Assembly: GCA_964436825.1 (NCBI GenBank)
Contig: CAYTEO010000010.1
Coordinates: forward strand, 36-64,035
Length of the DNA: 64,000 nt
Direction of reading: 5' to 3'
From: an uncultured Fibrobacteraceae bacterium
GTDB taxonomy: Bacteria > Krumholzibacteriota > Krumholzibacteriia > LZORAL124-64-63
Shown: positions 7,788-14,904 of the stretch, piece after piece
How the letters are laid out: every line of letters begins with the position of its first letter
Numbering within the stretch: position 1 is the first letter of the stretch
The notes under the pieces: generated by a model
The model's input: only the letters and a program-made list of their open reading frames with translations
Database searches by the model: none
What the model was told of the DNA's origin: nothing
Position numbers and translations under genes: made by a program

Positions 7788-9344
7788 ATGGCCCAGATCC
7801 CCAACCGCCATCTGCGGGAGTTCCTGCCGTTCCTGGAGCAGCAGGGAGAGCTGATCCGCATCCGCGAGCCTGTCGATCCCTGCCTGGAGGCGGCCGAGAT
7901 CGCCGATCGCTTCGTCAAGGCGGGCGAACGGCCGGCGCTGCTGTTCGAGGACGTCCGGCCGGGCCGCTTCAGCCGGGAGGCCGGCCGGCCCGACCGGCGG
8001 GCGACGACGGCCGACGGGCGTCCCGTGCCGCTGCTGATGAACCTGTTCGCCTCGCGGCGGCGCCTGGCCTGGGCCCTGGGGGCCGAATCGCTGGACGAGG
8101 TCGTCGCCAGGCTGCGGGAGCCGCTGGAGCTGGGACCGCCCGAGTCCCTCTGGGAGAAGATCCGCCTGCTGGGCAAGGCGAAGGAGTGGGGGGCGGGGAT
8201 GCCGCGGACCGTCCGGCGGGGCGCCTGCCAGGAGGTCGTCGTCACCGGCGACGAGCTGGATCGCCGCGGCCTGCTGGACCTGATGCCGGTGCTGACCACC
8301 TGGCCCCTGGACGGTGGTCCGTTCATCACCCTGCCGCTGGTGATCACCCGCGATCCCGACAGCGGGCGGCGGAACATCGGCATGTACCGCATGCAGGTCT
8401 TCGACGGCCGTACCGCCGGCATGCACTGGCAGATCCACAAGACCGGCGCCGACCACTACCGGCGCTACGAACAGCGCGGCGAGCGGATGCCGGTCTGCGT
8501 GGCGCTGGGCGGGACGCCGGCGCTGACCTACGGCGCCACCGCGCCGCTGCCCGACGACGTGGACGAGGCCCTGTTCACCGGTTTCCTGCTGGGCAGGCCG
8601 ATCACCTGGGTGCCGGCCGTCACCCAGGACCTGCTGGTGCCGGCCGAGGCGGACTTCGTCGTCGAGGGCTACGTCGAGCCCGGCGAGCGGCGCCTCGAGG
8701 GACCGTTCGGCGACCACACCGGCTTCTACACCCTGCCGGAGGAGTTCCCGGTCCTCCACGTCACGGCGATCACCTCGCGACGCGACCCGGTCTACCCGGC
8801 AACGGTCGTCGGGGTCCCGCCCATGGAGGACGCCGTCCTGGGGTGGGCCACCGAGCGCCTCTTCCTGCCGCTGCTGCAGAAGATCCTGCCGGAGGTCGTG
8901 GACTACCACCTGCCGCCCGCGGCCTGCTTCCACAACCTGGCCATCGTCAAGATCCGCAAGCGCTACCCCGGCCACGCCCGCAAGGTCTGCCACGCCCTGT
9001 GGGGGACCGGCCAGATGATGTTCACCAAGACCATCGTCGTCGTCGACGAGGACGTGGACCTGGGCAATCCCACCGAGATCCTGTGGCGGGTGGCCAACTC
9101 CATCGACCCGGCGCGGGACTGCTTCTTCGCCGAGGGGCCGGTGGACCACCTGGACCACAGCGTCAACGTCCAGTTCACCGGCGGCAAGATGGGGATCGAC
9201 GCCACCACCAAGTGGGAAGGCGAGGAGGGGTTCCGCCGCGAGTGGCCGCCGGTGGTGCGGATGAGCGACGAGGTGCGCCGCGCCGTGGACGAGCGGTGGC
9301 GCGACCTGCTGGCGCGGCTGGAAGACGACGGGAGGCACCCGTGA
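7788..9344 (+). CDS. ubiD: UbiD-family prenyl-FMN-dependent (de)carboxylase. It is a 3-octaprenyl-4-hydroxybenzoate decarboxylase or a menaquinone (futalosine-pathway MqnM-like) decarboxylase.
   Basis: About 518 aa with UbiD-family blocks (NIGMYRMQV, GPFGDHTGFYT, acidic E/D metal-binding residues). AAGGA SD precedes ATG 7788. It is the first gene of a 4-gene operon with 4-nt overlaps. Confidence 0.85.
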   Translation: MAQIPNRHLREFLPFLEQQGELIRIREPVDPCLEAAEIADRFVKAGERPALLFEDVRPGRFSREAGRPDRRATTADGRPVPLLMNLFASRRRLAWALGAESLDEVVARLREPLELGPPESLWEKIRLLGKAKEWGAGMPRTVRRGACQEVVVTGDELDRRGLLDLMPVLTTWPLDGGPFITLPLVITRDPDSGRRNIGMYRMQVFDGRTAGMHWQIHKTGADHYRRYEQRGERMPVCVALGGTPALTYGATAPLPDDVDEALFTGFLLGRPITWVPAVTQDLLVPAEADFVVEGYVEPGERRLEGPFGDHTGFYTLPEEFPVLHVTAITSRRDPVYPATVVGVPPMEDAVLGWATERLFLPLLQKILPEVVDYHLPPAACFHNLAIVKIRKRYPGHARKVCHALWGTGQMMFTKTIVVVDEDVDLGNPTEILWRVANSIDPARDCFFAEGPVDHLDHSVNVQFTGGKMGIDATTKWEGEEGFRREWPPVVRMSDEVRRAVDERWRDLLARLEDDGRHP

Positions 9345-10102
9345 CCGACGACGACGTCCACGAGCGCGACCGCGGCCGCTGGACCGTCCGCGATCCGGCC
9401 GCCCACGACCGGGCCGTGCGCGACATGTTCGGCCGCATCGCGCGGGTCTACGACTTCATGAACCACCTGTTGAGCCTGGACCGCGACCGCGCCTGGCGCC
9501 GCCACCTGGTGGACCTGCTCGACCCCGGCACCGGCCTGGTGCTGGACCTATGCGCCGGCACGGGCGACCTTGGCCTGGAGGCGCTGCGGCGCGGCAGGGC
9601 CCGCCGCGTGGTGGCGGCCGACTTCACCCCGGCCATGCTGCGGGCCGGCCGGGGCAAGGGCCTGGGCGTGACCGTTCCCGCCCTGGCCGCCGACACCCAG
9701 CGGCTCCCCTTCCGCGACGACTGCGCCGACGCGGTGATGGTGGGGTTCGGGGTCCGCAACCTGGCCGACCTGCGGGCCGGCCTGGCGGAGATGCGCCGGG
9801 TCCTGCGCCCCGGCGGCCGGCTGCTGGTCCTGGACTTCTTCCGTGCCGATCCCGCCGCCAAGGGCCAGCGGCGCGGTGTCCCCAGGCCGGTGCGGTGGCT
9901 GCTGGAGCGGGCCCTGCCGCTGCTGGGCCGCATCTTCGGCCGCGACCGGGCCGCCTACGGCTACCTGGTCGAGAGCATGGAACGGTTCGTCACCCCCGCG
10001 GAGATGGCGGCACTGCTGGAGGAGTTCGGCTTCAGCGAGGTGCTGGTCCGGCGCCAGACGCTGGGGATCGCGCACATCGTGGCCGGGAGGGTCGTGGGAT
10101 GA
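9341..10102 (+). CDS. ubiE: Demethylmenaquinone / 2-polyprenyl-6-methoxy-1,4-benzoquinol C-methyltransferase (UbiE/MenG family)
   Basis: GTG at 9341 overlaps the ubiD stop (GTGA) and is preceded by GGAGG. The motif RIARVYDFMNHLLSLDRDRAWRR and the SAM-binding motif LVLDLCAGTGDLG are present. The long track ORF 7523-10102 is an in-frame upstream extension running antisense-free through ubiD and was rejected. Confidence 0.85.
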   Translation: MTDDDVHERDRGRWTVRDPAAHDRAVRDMFGRIARVYDFMNHLLSLDRDRAWRRHLVDLLDPGTGLVLDLCAGTGDLGLEALRRGRARRVVAADFTPAMLRAGRGKGLGVTVPALAADTQRLPFRDDCADAVMVGFGVRNLADLRAGLAEMRRVLRPGGRLLVLDFFRADPAAKGQRRGVPRPVRWLLERALPLLGRIFGRDRAAYGYLVESMERFVTPAEMAALLEEFGFSEVLVRRQTLGIAHIVAGRVVG

Positions 10103-10719
10103 GACGAGTCACCGTCGCCTGGACCGGCGCCAGCGGGATCGCCTACGGGGTCCGCCTGGTGGAGACCCTGCTGCGGGCCGGTGTGTCCGTCGACCTGTTG
10201 CGCAGCGATGCCGCCGCCCTGACGGCCGCGGCGGAGCTGACGCGACCGCTGGAGGAGGTGCTCGTCGATCTGGCCAACGTCGCCTCGTCGGCCGGGGCGG
10301 ACCTGCGCGGGCACGGACTGCGCGACTTCTCGTCCCCCCTGGCCAGCGGCTCCGCCCCGTCCGATGGCATGGTCGTCTGCCCCTGCAGCATGGGCACCCT
10401 GGCGCGGATCGCGGCCGGCACCAGCGAGACCCTCCTGCTGCGCGCCGCCGACGTCTGCCTGAAGGAGCGCCGGCCCCTGGTCCTGGTGCCGCGCGAGACG
10501 CCGCTGGCGACCCTCCACCTGGAGAACATGCTGCGGCTGTCGCGCAACGGGGCGATCGTCCTGCCGGCCATGCCCGGCTTCTACCACCGGCCCCGGCGCG
10601 TGGAGGACCTGGTCGACTTCGTCGTCCAGCGGGTGTGCGACCACCTGGGCGTCCCGGTGGACCTGGTGCGACGCTGGGGGGACGACACGGGCGACGGGCC
10701 GCGGGAGGAACCGGCGTGA
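10099..10719 (+). CDS. ubiX: UbiX/Pad1-family flavin prenyltransferase (prenyl-FMN synthase)
   Basis: ATG 10099 overlaps the ubiE stop (ATGA). The N-terminus VAWTGASGIAYGVRLVETLL and the motif MVVCPCSMGTLARIAAG are typical of UbiX. The size is about 206 aa. Confidence 0.85.
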   Translation: MRRVTVAWTGASGIAYGVRLVETLLRAGVSVDLLRSDAAALTAAAELTRPLEEVLVDLANVASSAGADLRGHGLRDFSSPLASGSAPSDGMVVCPCSMGTLARIAAGTSETLLLRAADVCLKERRPLVLVPRETPLATLHLENMLRLSRNGAIVLPAMPGFYHRPRRVEDLVDFVVQRVCDHLGVPVDLVRRWGDDTGDGPREEPA

Positions 10720-11570
10720 GGCTGCGGACCTACCTGGACCTGGTGAAGTTCGAGCACACCCTGTTTGCCCTGCCGTTCGCCCTGCTGTCGCTGCTGGTGG
10801 CCACCGGCGGGCGGCCGAAGGCCTGGACGCTGGCCTGGGTCCTGGTGGCCATGGTCGGGGCCCGCAGCGCGGCGATGGCCTTCAACCGGATCGCCGACCG
10901 CCACTACGACGCCCTCAACCCCCGCACCGCCGACCGCCACCTGCCGCGCGGCGAGGTCTCCCTGCGGGGGGCGTGGACCTTCACCGTCGTGTCGGCGCTG
11001 CTGCTGGTGCTGGCCGCCGGGATGCTGAACCGCCTCTGCCTGGCGCTCTCCCCGGTGGCCCTGCTGGTCGTCCTGGGCTACTCCTGGACGAAGCGCTGGA
11101 CCCACTGGTCCCACCTGGTGCTGGGGCTGGGGCTGGGGATCGCGCCGGTGGGGGCGTGGCTGGCGGCCACGGGCCGCTTCGCCCCCTTCCCCCTCTGGCT
11201 GTCCGCGGCGGTCATGCTCTGGGTGGCCGGCTTCGACGCCATCTACGGCTGCCAGGACGAGGCGTTCGATCGCCGGACCGGACTGCACTCCCTGGCGGTG
11301 CGGCACGGGACGGTCGGGGCGTTGCGCATCGCAAGACTGCTGCACGCCGGCGCCGTGTTGTGCCTGGCCGTCGCCCTCGCCGTCGGCCCGGGCCTGGGGC
11401 CGCTGGCCCGGATCGGCGGCCCGCTGGTGATGGCCGTCCTGCTGGCCTGGGAGCACCGGCTGGTCCGCGGCGGTGATCTCAGCCGTCTCGATCTGGCCTT
11501 CTTCACGCTGAATTCCTGGCTCGGCGCCGCCGTGCTGGGGGTCGTCCTGGTCGATCTCTACCTCTTCTGA
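10716..11570 (+). CDS. UbiA-family polyprenyltransferase (4-hydroxybenzoate or 1,4-dihydroxy-6-naphthoate prenyltransferase; UbiA/MqnP-like)
   Basis: GTG 10716 overlaps the ubiX stop (GTGA). Multiple TM helices are present, together with the Asp-rich prenyl-diphosphate motifs NRIADRHYDALN and the second D-rich motif DAIYGCQDEAFD. Confidence 0.8.
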   Translation: MRLRTYLDLVKFEHTLFALPFALLSLLVATGGRPKAWTLAWVLVAMVGARSAAMAFNRIADRHYDALNPRTADRHLPRGEVSLRGAWTFTVVSALLLVLAAGMLNRLCLALSPVALLVVLGYSWTKRWTHWSHLVLGLGLGIAPVGAWLAATGRFAPFPLWLSAAVMLWVAGFDAIYGCQDEAFDRRTGLHSLAVRHGTVGALRIARLLHAGAVLCLAVALAVGPGLGPLARIGGPLVMAVLLAWEHRLVRGGDLSRLDLAFFTLNSWLGAAVLGVVLVDLYLF

Positions 11571-11743
11571 TCCCCCGTGATCCAGCCCCCGGTGCCAGCG
11601 CGCGGGCGGGCAATGTTCTTGCAGGTGAAAAAAAGGCTCAACCCTGCCGCGCGATGGTCGAAAGGACCCTCGGATTACAATCGTGCCCGGTGCAACGGGC
11701 GGATCGTCCACGCCCTCGGAGGCAAACGAAAGGGAAAGCAGTG

Positions 11744-12718
11744 ATGAAGAATTGGCAAGGCATCCTCGTCGCCGTGGCCGTCCTGGTCATGAGCACCATG
11801 GCCACGGCCCAGGTGATCCCGCCCCAGATCGGGATCTTCTTCGACGCGGCCGGCACGCAGACCGAGGCTCCCCTGGCCGGGGCCGGCGATTTCGTGACGG
11901 CCTACGTCATGACCACGGGCGGTCAGATGCTGATGGGCGGCGTCTCGTTTGCCGTCGAGGCCTATCCCGGTATCCAGATCGTCGCCGCCTCGCCCATGTC
12001 CGATGCCGTCGTCGTGGGCAACGACATCACCGCCGGTGTCGAGATCGGCTTCTACGACGCTGCCTGGGTGGACGACAACAACCATGTCGTCCTGTACACC
12101 CTCGTCCTGACGGTCGACGACCGGCCCATGGGGAACATGCCGCTGACCGTCGTCAACCACCCCAACTACCAGAATGTCGTGGTGGCGCAGAGCGACGGGG
12201 CCCTCTACGACACGACCGGCCTGACGGCCTACATCACGCCGCCGCCCCCGGTCGTCGGTGTCTACTTCGATACCGCCGCGACGATCACCTCGGCCACCTA
12301 CAATGGCGGTCTGGGCGAGGTCTACCCGGCCTACATCTTCGCCACCGGCGGCCCGATCCTGATGGGTGGTGCCTCGTTCAAGCTGGAGCTGGATCCCAAC
12401 ATCACCCTGCTGACGGCGACCGCCGAGCCCAGTGTCACCATCGGCGACGTGCTGACCGGGATCGAGATCGGCCTGTACGACGCCAAGTTCGTCGATCCGC
12501 AGCACCCCGGTCTGCTGATGACCCTGCTGCTGACCACCATGAACAACCTGGTGGACAACGCGCCGCTGACGATCACGAACCATCCCAGCTATGAGACGGT
12601 CCTGCTGGCCGACGCCGAGGGTGTGCTCGTTCCGTCCGAGGGCATGACCTCGTACCTGACCGTTCCCGTGGCCAACGAGGATCGCTCGTGGAGTGACGTC
12701 AAGTCGCTGTACAAGTAG
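11744..12718 (+). CDS. Secreted protein made of two tandem copies of an uncharacterised about 140-aa beta-rich domain (homologous to the N-terminal domain of CDS 98-3469)
   Basis: ATG 11744 is preceded by GAAAGGGAAAG. The N-terminus MKNWQGILVAVAVLVMSTMATAQ is a signal peptide. Internal duplication is seen in IGIFFDAAGT...AYVMTTGGQMLMGGVSF...GLTAYITPPPP versus VGVYFDTAAT...AYIFATGGPILMGGASF...GMTSYLTVPVA. Confidence 0.75.
   Translation: MKNWQGILVAVAVLVMSTMATAQVIPPQIGIFFDAAGTQTEAPLAGAGDFVTAYVMTTGGQMLMGGVSFAVEAYPGIQIVAASPMSDAVVVGNDITAGVEIGFYDAAWVDDNNHVVLYTLVLTVDDRPMGNMPLTVVNHPNYQNVVVAQSDGALYDTTGLTAYITPPPPVVGVYFDTAATITSATYNGGLGEVYPAYIFATGGPILMGGASFKLELDPNITLLTATAEPSVTIGDVLTGIEIGLYDAKFVDPQHPGLLMTLLLTTMNNLVDNAPLTITNHPSYETVLLADAEGVLVPSEGMTSYLTVPVANEDRSWSDVKSLYK
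11819..12661 (+). repeat. Intragenic tandem duplication (2 x about 420 nt) encoding the repeated about 140-aa domain
   Basis: Protein-level repeat A spans residues about 26-165 and repeat B spans residues about 166-306, with conserved blocks at equivalent positions. Confidence 0.6.
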
Positions 12719-12788
12719 GTCGACACGGACGCGGGAAAGCTGCCGAGCCCGACAGCCGAACCCCCCCGGTGGAGGCGAGGCAGCGAGA

Positions 12789-12826
12789 GACGGGAGAGGA
12801 GCTGGGCTCCTCTCCCGTCACCTTTT
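12789..12826 (+). terminator. Rho-independent terminator (perfect 14-bp stem gacgggagaggagc/gctcctctcccgtc, loop tgg, then ACCTTTT)
   Basis: Canonical hairpin plus T-tract 70 nt after the stop at 12718. It lies between convergent genes. The U-tract follows only on the plus strand. Confidence 0.7.
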
Positions 12827-12843
12827 GGCCGGGATGTCGGTGG

Positions 12844-13662
12844 TCAGGGGTCCCGCCACAGCAGGTGGTAGCCGAACCTGGTGCGGACCGGCGGCGAGAT
12901 CTCCCCGGCCCTGAGCTTGAACAGGGCCGCGGCGACCTCCTGGTCCAGGGCGTAGGGTTCGACCACGCCGATCAGGCCGCAGCGGAAGCGGCTGTCGGTG
13001 TCGTCGGAGTAGCGGGCGGCCAGATCGCAGAGGTCGGCTCCCCGCGCCGTGCAGAGCCGCCGGACCTCCTCGGCCATCAGGCGGGCCTGCTCCTCGGTGC
13101 GGGTGACCGACGCCCCGGCGCCCGGCGCCCCCTGCCAGGCGATCAGGATGTGGTGGGCCGTCACGCGCATGACCGGCAGGCGCTTCAGGACGAAGAAGCC
13201 GCGGGGCGTCTCCACTGCCGCGCGGACCCCGCCCACCGGCAGCTGGAACAGGGCCACCTCCAGCGGCAGGATCCACGTCCCCTTGCGGACGATGCCCACG
13301 TAGCCGCCCCGCTCCCGGGTGGCCGGGTCGTCCGAGTAGCGGCGGGCGGCGTCGGCGAAGGTCGAGCTCTCCTGGACCATGACTCCCAGCCGGAGGGCCA
13401 GCTCGCGGGCCTCCTCGCGGCTGCGGGTCACGCCGGGGACGGGCGGCTCGCTGCCACTCCAGGCGACGAGGATGATCGCCGCCGCCGCCTCGTCCTGGTC
13501 GGAGAGATAGTCGTTCGTGGTGTCCGCACCCGCGTCCAGGCTCCCGGTCGTGTTCCCGGTCGCCGGGCCGGGGCGCGACTCCCCGCGGCAGCCGCCCAGC
13601 AGGAGCGCGGCCGCCAGCAACACCGCGGCAGGGGCGCGGGAGCGTCTATTCCGTGGCATCAT
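12844..13662 (-). CDS. Parvulin-type peptidyl-prolyl cis-trans isomerase lipoprotein (PpiC/SurA-like, two PPIase-like segments)
   Basis: ATGATG start at 13662 is preceded by GGAGGAAA. The signal and lipobox are AAVLLAAALLLGGC. Parvulin motifs include HILIAW and GGYVGIV. Confidence 0.75.
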   Translation of the reverse strand: MMPRNRRSRAPAAVLLAAALLLGGCRGESRPGPATGNTTGSLDAGADTTNDYLSDQDEAAAAIILVAWSGSEPPVPGVTRSREEARELALRLGVMVQESSTFADAARRYSDDPATRERGGYVGIVRKGTWILPLEVALFQLPVGGVRAAVETPRGFFVLKRLPVMRVTAHHILIAWQGAPGAGASVTRTEEQARLMAEEVRRLCTARGADLCDLAARYSDDTDSRFRCGLIGVVEPYALDQEVAAALFKLRAGEISPPVRTRFGYHLLWRDP

Positions 13663-14485
13663 CGTTTCCTCCCTGGAACCCGGGAGCACCGACGGCGCGC
13701 AGAATCTTGCGGGCCAGCAGGTGGTAGATCTGCAGCTCCCAGTCGACGATCCCGGCCCGCATGTGCAGGTGCCTGAGGTAGGTCAGGAACTTGCGGCGGT
13801 CCCGGGGACTGTAGCCGACGGCGGTCATGGCGCGGCCCAGGTGCTCGTACATCGTGTCCAGCTCGAACTGGGTCGGCAGCTTCGTGGAGCGGTGCGGGTG
13901 GGAGACACGCATCTCGGGCCGCCGTCCCGAGTCGCGGTGCGGACGGGCCGTCATCTCCAGGTACTGGCGCCGGATCTCCCAGCAGTAGACCATGACGGCC
14001 TGGGCCAGGTTCAGCGACGTGTGCGCCTCGCTGGCGTCGATGCGCGAGAGGTAGCGGCAGTCGTTGGCCTCCTCGTTGGTCAGGCCGGTCCGCTCGGTCC
14101 CGAACAGCAGGGCCACCGGTCCCTCGGCCGAGTGCTCCAGCAGCAGGCGGGCCAGGTCCGTCGGCGGCAGCAGGGCGTTCTTGCGCAGCTCGCGGGGACG
14201 GGCCGTCGTGCCTGCGGCGACAATCGCGTCCCGGATGGCCGCCTTGTGGTCCAGGACGACCCGCGCCGCGTCCAGGACGTCCTCGGCGCCGTGGGCCAGC
14301 GCCCGCGACCGCTCCCCGAACGGGTCGCGCGGCCGGATCAGCACCAGCCGGGACAGCCCCATCGTCTTGAGGGCGCGCGCCGCCGCGCCGATGTTCATCG
14401 GCTCGGTGGTGTGGCTCAGGACGATGTGGATGTTGTCCAGGTTGGGGCGGACGATCCTGTCGTTCGACTCTCGCTTCCCCGTCAC
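13646..14485 (-). CDS. SpoU/TrmH-family RNA 2'-O-methyltransferase (TrmJ-like)
   Basis: GTG start 14485 with GGAGGAGGG upstream. The N-terminus IHIVLSHTTEPMNIGAAARALKTMG and the SPOUT knot region LLFGTERTGLTNEEANDCRYLSRI are present. Confidence 0.75.
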   Translation of the reverse strand: MTGKRESNDRIVRPNLDNIHIVLSHTTEPMNIGAAARALKTMGLSRLVLIRPRDPFGERSRALAHGAEDVLDAARVVLDHKAAIRDAIVAAGTTARPRELRKNALLPPTDLARLLLEHSAEGPVALLFGTERTGLTNEEANDCRYLSRIDASEAHTSLNLAQAVMVYCWEIRRQYLEMTARPHRDSGRRPEMRVSHPHRSTKLPTQFELDTMYEHLGRAMTAVGYSPRDRRKFLTYLRHLHMRAGIVDWELQIYHLLARKILRAVGAPGFQGGNDDATE

Positions 14486-14584
14486 GATGCGGTTCCCTCC
14501 TCCGTTCTCGCGCCTCCCGTCGACGTCGTCACGACAATATCGCTCACGCGGGTCCGGATGTCACAGGGGATCGACGGCCGACGA

Positions 14585-14613
14585 TTGCCCCCCGGGGCGT
14601 GACGCGGTAGGAT
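14585..14613 (+). promoter_or_regulatory. Putative promoter (-35 TTGCCC, 17-nt spacer, -10 TAGGAT) for the small membrane ORF at 14653
   Basis: Hexamers at 14585-14590 and 14608-14613, about 40 nt upstream of the GGAGG SD and ATG. Confidence 0.3.
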
Positions 14614-14652
14614 GTCCGGGCCGCCGCCTGTCGGCGCGGGGAAGGGGAGGAC

Positions 14653-14829
14653 ATGAAGCACGACATCACCGGTTACCTGCTGATCGCCCTCGGGCTCAAC
14701 TTCCTGCTGGACAACTTCGGCCTGCCCCACTTCGACCTCGGGGACCTGGCCAGGCTGTGGCCCCTGGCGCTGATCTGGGTCGGGTGGGACATGCTGTGCC
14801 GCCGCAGGAGGCGCGAGGACCTGCTCTGA
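14653..14829 (+). CDS. Small predicted membrane protein (58 aa: MKHDITGYLLIALGLNFLLDNFGLPHFDLGDLARLWPLALIWVGWDMLCRRRRREDLL)
   Basis: It is not in the ORF track (below the 60-aa cutoff). GGGGAGG lies 4 nt upstream of ATG 14653. Two hydrophobic segments and a C-terminal Arg cluster (positive-inside) are present. It lies between TrmJ-like (divergent) and the LTD gene (convergent). Confidence 0.45.
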   Translation: MKHDITGYLLIALGLNFLLDNFGLPHFDLGDLARLWPLALIWVGWDMLCRRRRREDLL

Positions 14830-14904
14830 CGGTCCGGCCCGTGGTGCCGCGGAACGAACGGGGACCGCCCTGGGGCGGTCCCCGTCGTGTGTCCCCCCGG
14901 CTGT

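Noticed and set aside
7523-9340. Upstream 600 codons of track ORF 7523-10102 (859 aa) and the antisense ORF 7689-9338
   Set aside because: The segment runs through ubiD in another frame and on the opposite strand and is G/R/P/A-rich with no domains. The real UbiE-like gene starts at GTG 9341 with GGAGG and a GTGA overlap.
14455-14475. tRNA T-loop-like GTTCGACTC string
   Set aside because: It lies inside the N-terminal coding region of the SpoU/TrmJ-like gene and lacks a flanking acceptor stem or cloverleaf. I found no tRNA, rRNA or CRISPR repeats anywhere in the window.
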